Shown here in pieces: positions 52,001 through 63,971 of a stretch of DNA of 64,000 bases. Within the stretch, counting starts at the first letter, position 1; each line of letters opens with the position of its first letter. Origin of the DNA: Eledone cirrhosa (Eukaryota); assembly GCA_964016885.1 (NCBI GenBank), contig OZ024740.1, positions 405,728,001 to 405,792,000 on the forward strand, in the 5' to 3' direction. The translations under genes and the position numbers were made by a program. The notes beneath the pieces are model-generated. The model was not told the DNA's origin and ran no database searches. It was given only the letters and a program-made list of their open reading frames with translations.

Positions 52001-55000
52001 TACAGGCGGTACACAGGCCAATACAGGCGGTACACAGGCCAATACAGGCGGTACACAGGCCAATACAGGCGGTACACAGGCCAACACAGGCGGTACACAG
52101 GCCAACACAGGCGGTACACAGGCCAATACAGGCGGTACACAGGCCAATACAGGCCAATACAGGCGGTACACAGGCGGTACACAGGCCAATACAGGCGGTA
52201 CACAGGCGGTACACAGGCCAATACAGGCCAATACAGGCGGTACACAGGCCAATACAGGCGGTACACAGGCCAATACAGGCGGTACACAGGCCAATACAGG
52301 CGGTACACAGGCCAACACAGGCGGTACACAGGCGGTACACAGGCGGTACACAGGCCAATACAGGCGGTACACAGGCCAACACAGGCGGTACACAGGCCAA
52401 TACAGGCGGTACACAGGCCAACACAGGCGGTACACAGGCCAACACAGGCCAATACAGGCGGTACACAGGCCAACACAGGCCAATACAGGCGGTACACAGG
52501 CCAACACAGGCGGTACACAGGCCAACACAGGCGGTACACAGGCCAACACAGGCGGTACACAGGCGGTACACAGGCCAATACAGGCGGTACACAGGCCAAC
52601 ACAGGCGGTACACAGGCCAACACAGGCGGTACACAGGCGATACACAGGCGGTACACAGGCCAATACAGGCGGTACACAGGCCAATACAGGCGGTACACAG
52701 GCCAATACAGGCGGTACACAGGCCAACACAGGCGGTACACAGGCCAACACAGGCGGTACACAGGCGGTACACAGGCCAATACAGGCGGTACACAGGCCAA
52801 TACAGGCGGTACACAGGCCAACACAGGCGGTACACAGGCCAATACAGGCGGTACACAGGCCAATACAGGCGGTACACAGGCGGTACACAGGCCAACACAG
52901 GCGGTACACAGGCGGTACACAGGCCAACACAGGCGGTACACAGGCCAATACAGGCGGTACACAGGCCAACACAGGCGGTACACAGGCCAACACAGGCGGT
53001 ACACAGGCCAATACAGGCGGTACACAGGCCAATACAGGCGGTACACAGGCCAATACAGGCGGTACACAGGCCAATACAGGCGGTACACAGGCCAACACAG
53101 GCGGTACACAGGCGGTACACAGGCCAACACAGGCCAATACAGGCGGTACACAGGCCAACACAGGCGGTACACAGGCGGTACACAGGCCAATACAGGCGGT
53201 ACACAGGCCAACACAGGCGGTACACAGGCCAATACAGGCGGTACACAGGCCAATACAGGCGGTACACAGGCCAACACAGGCGGTACACAGGCCAACACAG
53301 GCGGTACACAGGCCAATACAGGCGGTACACAGGCCAATACAGGCGGTACACAGGCCAACACAGGCGGTACACAGGCCAATACAGGCGGTACACAGGCCAA
53401 TACAGGCGGTACACAGGCCAATACAGGCGGTACACAGGCGGTACACAGGCCAACACAGGCGGTACACAGGCCAACACAGGCCAATACAGGCGGTACACAG
53501 GCCAATACAGGCGGTACACAGGCCAACACAGGCGGTACACAGGCCAATACAGGCGGTACACAGGCCAATACAGGCCAATACAGGCGGTACACAGGCCAAT
53601 ACAGGCCAATACAGGCGGTACACAGGCCAATACAGGCCAATACAGGCGGTACACAGGCCAATACAGGCGGTACACAGGCCAACACAGGCGGTACACAGGC
53701 CAATACAGGCGGTACACAGGCCAATACAGGCGGTACACAGGCCAACACAGGCGGTACACAGGCCAACACAGGCGGTACACAGGCCAACACAGGCGGTACA
53801 CAGGCCAACACAGGCGGTACACAGGCCAATACAGGCGGTACACAGGCCAACACAGGCGGTACACAGGCCAATACAGGCGGTACACAGGCCAATACAGGCG
53901 GTACACAGGCCAACATAGGCCAATACAGGCGGTACACAGGCCAACACAGGCCAATACAGGCGGTAGACAGGCCAATACAGGCGGTACACAGGCGGTACAC
54001 AGGCCAACACAGGCGGTACACAGGCCAACACAGGCGGTACACAAGCCAACACAGGCGGTACACAGGCCAATACAGGCGGTACACAGGCCAACACAGGCGG
54101 TACACAGGCCAATACAGGCGGTACACAGGCCAATACAGGCCAATACAGGCGGTACACAGGCCAATACAGGCGGTACACAGGCCAACACAGGCGGTACACA
54201 GGCCAATACATGCGGTACACAGGCCAATACAGGCGGTACACAGGCCAACACAGGCCAATACAGGCGGTACACAGGCCAACACAGGCGGTACACAGGCCAA
54301 TACAGGCGGTACACAGGCCAACACAGGCGGTACACAGGCCAATACAGGCGGTACACAGGCCAACACAGGCGGTACACAGGCCAATACAGGCGGTACACAG
54401 GCCAACACAGGCGGTACACAGGCCAACACAGGCGGTACACAGGCCAATACAGGCGGTACACAGGCCAATACAGGCGGTACACAGGCCAATACAGGCGGTA
54501 CACAGGCGGTACACAGGCCAATACAGGCGGTACACAGGCCAACACAGGCGGTACACAGGCCAACACAGGCGGTACACAGGCCAATACAGGCGGTACACAG
54601 GCCAACACAGGCGGTACACAGGCCAACACAGGCGGTACACAGGCCAACACAGGCGGTACACAGGCCAACACAGGCGGTACACAGGCGGTACACAGGCCAA
54701 TACAGGCGGTACACAGGCGGTACACAGGCCAATACAGGCGGTACACAGGCCAACACAGGCGGTACACAGGCCAACACAGGCCAACACAGGCAGTACACAG
54801 GCCAACACAGGCGGTACACAGGCGGTACACAGGCGGTACACAGGCGGTACACAGGCCAACACAGGCGGTACACAGGCCAACACAGGCGGTACACAGGCCA
54901 ATACAGGCGGTACACAGGCCAACACAGGCGGTACACAGGCCAATACAGGCGGTACACAGGCCAATACAGGCGGTACACAGGCCAATACAGGCGGTACACA

Positions 55001-56323
55001 GGCGGTACACAGGCCAATACAGGCGGTACACAGGCCAACACAGGCGGTACACAGGCCAACACAGGCGGTACACAGGCCAACACAGGCGGTACACAGGCCA
55101 ACACAGGCGGTACACAGGCCAATACAGGCGGTACACAGGCCAATACAGGCGGTACACAGGCCAACACAGGCGGTACACAGGCCAATACAGGCGGTACACA
55201 GGCCAACACAGGCAGTACACAGGCCAACACAGGCCAACACAGGCAGTACACAGGCCAACACAGGCGGTACACAGGCCAATACAGGCGGTACACAGGCGGT
55301 ACACAGGCCAATACAGGCGGTACACAGGCCAACACAGGCGGTACACAGGCCAACACAGGCCAACACAGGCAGTACACAGGCCAACACAGGCGGTACACAG
55401 GCCAACACAGGCGGTACACAGGCCAATACAGGCGGTACACAGGCCAACACAGGCGGTACACAGGCCAACACAGGCCAACACAGGCAGTACACAGGCCAAC
55501 ACAGGCGGTACACAAGCCAATACAGGCGGTACACAGGCGGTACACAGGCCAATACAGGCGGTACACAGGCCAACACAGGCGGTACACAGGCCAACACAGG
55601 CGGTACACAGGCCAATACAGGCGGTACACAGGCCAACACAGGCGGTACACAGGCCAACACAGGCAGTACACAGGCCAACACAGGCGGTACACAGGCCAAT
55701 ACAGGCGGTACACAGGCCAACACAGGCAGTACACAGGCCAACACAGGCGGTACACAGGCCAACACAGGCGGTACACAGGCCAATACAGGCGGTACACAGG
55801 CCAACACAGGCGGTACACAGGCCAATACAGGCGGTACACAGGCCAACACAGGCGGTACACAGGCCAACACAGGCGGTACACAGGCCAACACAGGCGGTAC
55901 ACAGGCCAACACAGGCGGTACACAGGCCAATACAGGCGGTACACAGGCCAATACAGGCGGTACACAGGCCAACACAGGCGGTACACAGGCCAATACAGGC
56001 GGTACACAGGCGGTACACAGGCCAACACAGGCGGTACACAGGCGGTACACAGGCCAACACAGGCGGTACACAGGCCAATACAGGCGGTACACAGGCCAAT
56101 ACAGGCGGTACACAGGCGGTACACAGGCCAACACAGGCGGTACACAGGCCAACACAGGCCAACACAGGCCAATACAGGCGGTACACAGGCCAACACAGGC
56201 GGTACACAGGCGGTACACAGGCCAATACAGGCGGTACACAGGCCAACACAGGCCAATACAGGCGGTACACAGGCCAACACAGGCGGTACACAGGCCAACA
56301 CAGGCGGTACACAGGCCAACACA
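37010..56323 (+). repeat. 19.3 kb satellite of 10-mer GGCCAA(C/T)ACA and 11-mer GGCGGTACACA (basic 21-bp dimer, ~920 dimer equivalents)
   Basis: Continuous array with occasional homo-runs of either monomer and rare point variants. Confidence 0.99.
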
Positions 56324-56470
56324 GTGTAGGTTTTGTGTGTAAAAAATAAAACATTAAAAAAAGTAATAATAAGCATTTGTAGCATGCTATATATCCATCA
56401 ACACAAGGTCCTGAACTAGCAGCAACATTATTGTGATAGACTAAATAGCAGCTGGGTCTAAGTTGTTTAG

Positions 56471-56667
56471 CCCTTTAGCATTCACATTACTCTATATATA
56501 CTATTATATTTTCATGGTAAAGGCTTTACCTCACATAATATCGAATCTATGAGATTTTGAAAGAATTTATTTTGAGAACAATACCTTAACATCAATTTGA
56601 ACGACTAGTTACAGCCAGTTTCAACAGAAAGGGATAGAGAATTCTGACCGGTTTGAACATTAAAGGG
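56471..56667 (+). mobile_element. piggyBac-type MITE inserted into the right terminal repeat of the foldback
   Basis: TIRs CCCTTTAGCATTCACA / TTTGAACATTAAAGGG; flanks TTAG (left) and TTAA (right); interrupts the arm homology, which resumes at 56672. Confidence 0.8.
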
Positions 56668-56977
56668 TTAAAGTGATGGAGGGTGTCAAGGTTTATAGCC
56701 ATACTTTGCAACCTGTTGTATTGATGATTTGGCAAACTGTCTAACCCTTGCTAGTGTGGAAAATGGCCGTTAAACAATGATAACGATGATACTTTTCTAA
56801 ATAATCTAAGCATAAGGCCAACCAATTTGATGGAAGGGCAAAGTTGATTAAATCAATCCCAGTACTTGACTTGTACTTTATTTTATTGACTCCAAAAGGA
56901 TGAAGAGCAAAGTTAACTTTGGCAAGATTTGAACTCAGAATATAAAGTACTAGAGCAAATACTGCAATGGCATTTAT

Positions 56978-58683
56978 CCTATACTTAGCTTTTGTTGACT
57001 TGGAGAAAGCCTTCGACAGAGACCCCCGTTCCATTATCTGGTGGGCTCTTAGAAAACTAGGTGTTGACGAATGGCTCATCAGAGCTATACAAGCCATGTA
57101 TAAAGACACAGTCAGCAAGGTTAGAATTAACAACGAATATAGTGAAGAGTTTAGCGTAAAAGTTGGTGTCCATCAGGGCTCTGTTCTTAGCCCCCTACTA
57201 TTTATTATTGCCCTTCAGGCTATAACAGAGGAGTTCAAGACCGGCTGCCCATGGGAACTCCTATATGCAGATGATCTAACGCTCATAGCTGAATCAATGG
57301 CCGAGCTAGAGAAGAAATTCCAAACATGGAAGCACGGCCTAGAATCAAAAGGCCTTAAAATTAACCTGGCTAAGACTAAAGTTCTAGTTTGTAGGAAAGA
57401 AAATAAGGCGCCGGTCCCTTCCGGGAAATGGCCATGCTCAGTGTGTAGGAAAGGCGTAGGTAGAAACTCCATTTTATGTCCCAAATGCAAAGTATGGGTG
57501 CATAAAAGTTGTAGTGGGATCACAGGTAAGCTAACTAAGAACATAGATTTTACATGTGGCCGGTGCTCTGGTGCAATAAGTAGCAGCAAGTGCCCACAAA
57601 ATACTAGCTCTTTCAATTGCGCAGAGGGTTCTATAGAGATAGTGGACAGCTTCCGTTACCTGGGCAGCAAAATCAGCAGTGGGGGAGGGTGCTCTGAAAG
57701 TACAGTAGCTAGAGTCAGAACTGGTTGGAAAAAGTTCAGAGAGCTTATACCACTATTAGCCGCTAAAGGGTTCTCCCTAAGAATGAAAGGCAGGTTGTAT
57801 GATGCCTGCATACGAACAGCAATGTTGCATGGCAGTGAGACCTGGGCATTGTGTGCAGAGGATATACGCAGACTAGAGAGGAACGAAGCTTGCATGCTCC
57901 GCTGGATGTGTAATAGTAACATACGTGAACGGTAAAGCATAAGCGAACTAAGGAAAAAATTAGAAATAAGAGGGATCAGATGTTGTTTACTCGAGAGAAG
58001 GCTACGTTGGTATGGTCACGTGATGCGCATGAAAGACGACAGCTGTATAACAAAGTGCAGGGCAATAAAGATAGACGGTAGCTACGGAGTAGGCAGACCC
58101 AGAAAAACCTGGGACGAGCTGATAAATTCTGACCTCACACACTTACACCTCTCCAAGACAATGTCACTGGACCGAGACCTTTGGCGGTACTCAGTAATAG
58201 AGAAGACCCGCCTTACCTAAATACAAAGTAAAACCTACTACAGCCAGTAGGCATCTCTAACAAAATACCCCCCCCCCCCCCCTATCCACACCGCCCCTTC
58301 AATGTAAAGTTATGTTGGTGCCACAACATCCAGGCCGAAACAAATGAGATCGTGTAGGTGTCACGACAAAAAAACACAGTCCACGCTGTAATGTGGCCGT
58401 GTAGGCAACACTGTAAATGTGGTTGGTGTGAGGAAGGGCATCCAGCTGTAGAAAACCTGCCAGACAGTCCACGCTGTAATGTGGCCGTGTAGGCAACACG
58501 GTAAAAACCTCCCAGCCCCACACTGTAAATGTGGTTGGTGTTAGGAAGGGCATCCAGCTGTAGAAAACCCGCGAGACAGTCCTATGCGAGCAAGACAACC
58601 ATTCTTGCCTCAAATGGGAAAACCCCCATCCAAACCCATGCAAGCGTGGAACACGGACGTTAAACGTTGATGATGATGATGAT
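56978..58683 (+). mobile_element. 5'-truncated RTE LINE with a nonsense codon at 57933 and a partial 3' UTR duplication
   Basis: ORFs 56967-57935 and 58020-58220 lie in one frame; UTR module repeated at 58376-58495; (GAT)n tail. Confidence 0.95.
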
Positions 58684-59385
58684 TTACCAATTCTGCCAAT
58701 CTACCAATCTTAAGTGGACATAATAATGATTTCTACTTTTGGCACAGAGCCAACAATTCATGGAAGGGAAAAGTGAATTATATCAACTCCAGTACTTGAG
58801 AGGTACTGTATTTTATTGACCTCAGAAGTATAAAAGGCAAAGTTGACCTCAGTGGGATTTGAACTCAGAATGTGTAGGGCCTTAACTAAATGTTCTAGTA
58901 GACTTAATAAAATGTTTCCTGCTGACAGGACAAATGGTATTTAAAGTCTGAAGCCAATGATAGTAGTAATACCTAAATTTATGAACTTGTTTGTGGACAG
59001 ATGTTCAGCACCTGAATGTCATTGTTATGCTGGATTTTGACAGTTGACAGATATGGGGCTGGGTAGGGACTTCAAATGCTAAATAGTTTCAAGGTTACAA
59101 ATGATGTTTCAGAAAGCATTTAAAAAAAATTATGAATTGATTTAAGAATAAGGGTTTCAATGCAGTTAATTACTTTAACTGTCTACTACATATTAACACC
59201 TAAATCTCCTTTAAATTACACTTTATTTTCTTAGTAGAAGAAAAACACATTGAACAATGTAGTTTCCCAAGTATTTGCTGTCCATAAAGTCGGAAAGACG
59301 GCAGTCCACTTAAAGAAGGAGCCCCATGTGGCTGTTGCAGCAGGTGTCTCTGGTCATTCACTGCGGTAAAACTTTTGACATTTTG

Positions 59386-59721
59386 TCTGTGGGGTATGGC
59401 TGAGGCACAGCTCAGACTGGGGTGTAGTGACTCTCCCGCCCCTCTCTGTGGGGCATGTCTGTAACACCTCTCAGACTGGGGTGTAATGACTGTCCCCTTC
59501 TCTGTGGGGTATGGCTGAAGCACTGCTCAGACTGGGGTGTAATGACTGTCCTGCCCCTTCTCTGTGGGGTATGGCTGAGGCACTGCCCAGACTGGGGTGT
59601 AATGACTGTCCCATCTCTGTGGGGTATGGCTGTAACACCACTCAGACTGGGCTGTAATGACTGTCCTCTTCTCTGTGGGGTATGGCTGAGGCACTGCTCA
59701 GACTGGGCTGTAATGACTGTC
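59386..59721. repeat. ~52-57-bp minisatellite, ~6 copies
   Basis: CTCTGTGGGGTATGGCTG(AGGCACTG/TAACACC.)CTCAGACTGGGGTGTAATGACTGTCC. Confidence 0.92.
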
Positions 59722-60076
59722 TCCTCTCTTTCTTTTGCTGCTTGATACTTCTTTCTTTTTCTCCTTTTCATTTTCTTTTTTATTTCTTCCATTTCTGTTC
59801 CCCCTTTAATAGTGTGTTAGGTTTTTATGAGATACTGCTCAATTATTCTTATATAATGTCAATGGCCTTTCACCACATTGGAAGATTTTGTATATTGAGT
59901 AAATTGTATAAGAAAGGTAGGATGGTCATGGAATGAAAGTCTTTGATAATATATTTAGTTAGAGATAACTTGCAGCTGCACAACTGCATATTGCTGAATA
60001 TACAAACTTACTGTTTAATGACCTTTCACTGGCTGTTTCATGCTGTTACAGTTGGCCATTATATACATACATACAT

Positions 60077-60778
60077 CTTGTAAGGTGGTCATGCTGGGGA
60101 CATGAGAAAATAGTACCCAGTCCACCTTGTAAGGTGGTCATGCTGGGGACATGAGAAAATAGTACCCAGTCCACCTTGTAAGGTGGTCATGCTGGGGACA
60201 TGAGAAAATAGTACCCAGTCCACCTTGTAAGGTGGTCATGCTGGGGACATGAGAAAATAGTACCCAGTCCACCTTGTAAGGTGGTCATGCTGGGGACATG
60301 AGAAAATAGTACCCAGTCCACCTTGTAAGGTGGTCATGCTGGGGACATGAGAAAATACTACCCAGTCCACCTTGTAAGGTGGTCATGCTGGGGACATGAG
60401 AAAAAAGTACCCAGTCCACCTTGTAAGGTGGTCATGCTGGGGACATGAGAAAAAAGTACCCAGTCCACCTTGTAAGGTGGTTGTGCTGGTGATTTCCAAA
60501 AAGTATTCAGTTCACCTTGTGTGGTAGTTGTGCTGGTGACATGATGAAAAAGCACCAAGTCCATACTGTTAAATGGCCATTTTGGTGTCATGATAAAAAG
60601 TACCCATTCCACATTGTAATGTGGTTGGCATTAGGAAGGGCATCCAGCTGTAGAAACCAAGCCAAAATATAGACCTGTATGAGCAAGATGTGGTCACCTG
60701 ATCTGATTTGTCTCATAACATGACAACCCATCTAACCCATGCAAGCATGGAAAAATAGACATTAATTGATGATGATGA
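60077..60778 (+). repeat. 49-bp minisatellite (8 near-perfect + ~3 diverged copies) running into an RTE-type 3' end
   Basis: Unit CTTGTAAGGTGGTCATGCTGGGGACATGAGAAAATAGTACCCAGTCCAC, then GTGGTTGGCATTAGGAAGGGCATCCAGCTGTAGAAA..(GAT)n. Confidence 0.92.
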
Positions 60779-62019
60779 TACACATGGATATTGTGCTACA
60801 CGTTTCTTCCTTCAATTATTGCAGTGTTTGATCCTATTATACTGTAAACAATATATGTGTGTATCCTGCTTTTTAGAATAGATATACCGTATCCCTGTGA
60901 GTTGTAAGAGGTGACTAAAAGGGTTGGTGTCACAAAAGACATCCAGCTGTGAAACATTGTCTCAAAACATCCCTTCCAACCCATGCTAGAATGGAAAAGT
61001 AAATGTAAAAATGATGATGACATCATCATCATCATCATCATCATTTTACATCCGCTTTTCCCTGCTTGCAAGGATGGGACGGATCCTATTCAGCACGGCA
61101 TCTCCGTGAGCTTCAGCGATCTGACAGCAGTTATTAATTGTGTTAGCATTAAACACTATCATCATCATGCTTTTTACCATAAATATATTTTCCCTTTTTA
61201 TTTCTATTGGGCCTTACTGCTACTTTTTAAAATAGCCTACTAACTGTATGTCTATCTCAAATCAATTAATCATAATTTTCGCTTTTCTGAATCTATTTTT
61301 TTTAAACACTTGAGAGAATGTTCTCTTGACACTCTCCTGGGGTTTCTTAGCTTGGTTTCCCTCTCTCGGTGCATATTTCTTATTTTTATTCTGGTGCTGA
61401 GTAAGTAGGTCAATAGAGAGTGTTCTTCATACACTACAGCCCAGTGCCAGTAATAGACTCACAACCTTTTAAGTGAGAGATCAAACACTTCATCTATTCC
61501 AGTTCAGCAATTTGGTCTTAAAATTTATTACCATATGTATGTATGTATAAGAAATGTTAGTGTTTTGATTCAAACAGCCATAAATATTGTCCATAAAACA
61601 TTTTATACAAAATCAGTAAAATAATTTATGCAGATCTTATATTTTTCGTCGATTAATAACTGACTGTAATTTCTGGTTTGCCTACATGCTTTTTATCATT
61701 CACTACTGAATATAGCTGTCATTCAAGTATTCTTTAATTTACATACAAACCTAATTTATTTAAATTTACATAAATTATCAAAAGATTAACAATTTTAAAT
61801 AAGAAAGTAACTGGTTTGTCTACATATTTTTTCATTCAGTACTGAATGTAGCTGTCCTTCAAATATTTATATACAAACCTATTTTATGTAAATTTACATA
61901 AACTATCAAAAGATTATCAATTTCCAATAGGAAAGTAATCAGAGAACAAAAAAAAAACAAACAAAGAGAACAAGCAGACAAAAAAGTGGAAGAAGACACA
62001 CACACACTCAATGACATTC

Positions 62020-62262
62020 TAACAAGGTGCATTGGATATCCCTCACAACATAGCATTAGTAAACTCAGCATAAGAGGAATTGGTTGGAGTGTGCCAGATA
62101 GAAGACTGCTGGTATGGACATGTGATATGTATGGAGGATAGCAGCTGCATAAAGAAAGCAAAGAAATCCCAGTAGCTGCAACCTGTGGAAAAGGTAGGCC
62201 CAGGAAACCTTGGAATGAGGTAGTGAACAGAATTAAATGTATTTTCCTTCGGCAGAAGAATA
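62020..62262 (+). mobile_element. Degenerate RTE C-terminal fragment interrupted by an LTR
   Basis: RRLLVWTCD / GRPRKPWNEVV-like decayed translation. Confidence 0.6.
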
Positions 62263-62263
62263 G

Positions 62264-62609
62264 TGTCACAGAGGTGAATTGGCTGAAGTGTGAGCCAATC
62301 AAAGCCCTCAGCGAGACAAGTTGCTGGACTACTTGGACCAGAGACAGAGTTGGCTGACAGGCAGAGAGACACAGAGAGTTCACTGAACGACAAGCATTAA
62401 GACGTTCGACATTTGATATGCCACATTCTTTTCACATCTCCACAGCCAACACGATGTGAAGACTTGCTCAACCTTCTCTTGTTATTTTCGATTCCATATT
62501 TGTACAACAAATAAAAGGGAATTTTTGTTATAATGGATTATGTCGTTTTTGTCATTGCCTTCTGAATTGATAAATATAATATCTCCAGCGACACTTAATC
62601 AACGTTATA
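62264..62609 (+). mobile_element. 5' LTR of a Ty3/Gypsy element
   Basis: Starts TGTCAC, contains AATAAA (~62510), ends GTTATA just before the PBS; boundaries approximate because the 3' LTR is outside the window. Confidence 0.65.
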
Positions 62610-62612
62610 AAA

Positions 62613-62630
62613 TGGTGACCCCGACGTGAT
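62613..62630 (+). other. Primer binding site complementary to the tRNA-Trp 3' end
   Basis: TGGTGACCCCGACGTGAT, the canonical 18-nt tRNA-Trp PBS. Confidence 0.92.
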
Positions 62631-63156
62631 CAACATGCCACTTACCACTCTACATAATAAATGGTGATATGGATTTACTTTATACAAAAAAATTTGGACA
62701 CGATAACAAGAAAATTATGGACAACAACATTTTTTCTCTCTCTGATGGACACTTATCATAGCAGCAGCTCGATCGAAATATATGATTTAAAAAAAAAAAA
62801 GAATCAAAATTCATGGCGCCAGCTTTCTTCTTCAAAATTCATGTTTCCCGCCCAAATTCTGATTGGGTGACGCCATTTTAAAAAAAAAAAAGATTTTTGC
62901 CTTCATTTCCGGAGAGCTCATAATGGCCGACTTCCGTCTTCTTCGTTCGTTTTCCCGCCAAATTGACTTTAGAGCAATGGCATTTTGAAAAATATGAAAG
63001 AAAAGAAAATTTTTTTTTTATTCTTAACATTTGTCTCTTCAACAACGACAGAAAATACCATTGTTTTTATTTTACATTTTTCTCTTCCCTTGGATTCCTT
63101 TTGGCCTGCATTTTCCCTGTTGTTCTCTATTGCTTACTGCCATACCTTAATTCACG

Positions 63157-63954
63157 ATGGCTAGTATTTCATTGCCAGTGTTTGCAGGCGACGTCCGTGT
63201 CTGGTTCGCCCAGATTGAATCGCATTTTGCTGCGAATGGCATAACGTCCGAAGACAGACAACTACATATTCTTTTGAGTGCTATCCCGGCGTCTTTAACG
63301 ACACTGCTTAAGGATCTGATTACTGATCTGGCCCATGGAGCTACCTATGAAAGCGTTAAGTGCGAGGTGCTGCAGCGTACCACGTTGTCCGCAGAGAAGA
63401 GGTTTCAAACCCTAGTAAATGACGAGCATTTGGGTGATCGGACGCCGAGCCAGTTCCTACGTCGAATGAAAGAACTGGCGGAGGACGCTCCAGCTGATAG
63501 CGCCCTCCTGAGATAGCTTTTCTTTTCGAGGCTGCCGCCCAATGTCCAGTCGATATTGGCGCCTATGATGGAGACTAGTTCAGTCGAGCAACTGGCGTCT
63601 TCGGTGGACAAAATTATGAGTTTCACAGGAAAGCTTGCCTCCTTCGCTACATCTCGGCCGCCGGTTGAGGTCTCTTCGTTCTCTCCAGCGGCTGCCATTC
63701 ACACCGATCAGTCGCTCACGTCTACGGCAATTCTTCAAGCCATAGCACAACTCACGAAAGAGGTGAGAAAATTGAGTTTCTCCAGGGCTCAATCGCCCAG
63801 ACGTTGTCTACAGAGCCATTTGCCCTCGCCACACCGCCGCCACACAAACAAACCAGGACTGTGCTACTATCACAGCCGTTTTGGCGTGGCGGCACGTTGT
63901 TGTAGACAGCCCTGTTCCTTTTCCAACCAGGGAAACGAATTTCAGGAGACCTGA
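63157..63954 (+). pseudogene. gag: Gypsy (CsRn1-like) gag with one in-frame TAG at 63514
   Basis: LPVF..DVRVWFAQIESHF, LGDRTPSQFLRRM, LFFSRLPPNVQSIL, CHCC knuckle CYYHSRFGVAARCCRQPC, terminal GN. Confidence 0.88.
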
Positions 63955-63971
63955 GCACAGCACAGTCTCCT
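63930..63971 (+). promoter_or_regulatory. -1 ribosomal frameshift signal at the gag-pol junction
   Basis: G GGA AAC heptamer in gag phase; stem-loop AGGAGAC..GTCTCCT starts 7 nt downstream; the -1 frame is open to the window end (KRISGDLSTAQSPLTLPNNRAF). Confidence 0.75.

Larger units (their letters stand above)
36647..56685. mobile_element. Giant foldback/palindromic element with an asymmetrically expanded internal repeat
   Basis: Outer arms 36647-36840 vs 56321-56470 plus 56672-56685 are inverted repeats; the 21-bp unit occurs x3 inverted at 36838-36900 and as a 19.3 kb array on the right; inner arms 36901-36950 / 36957-37009 are inverted. Confidence 0.85.

Noticed and set aside
36924-56385. 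Multi-thousand-residue ORFs on both strands (VLACVPP, QANTGGT, HRRYTGQ repeats)
   Set aside because: The 10/11-bp monomers contain no stop codon in any frame, so all six frames are open. Frames switch at every monomer irregularity and there are no splice or domain signals. Not a protein gene.
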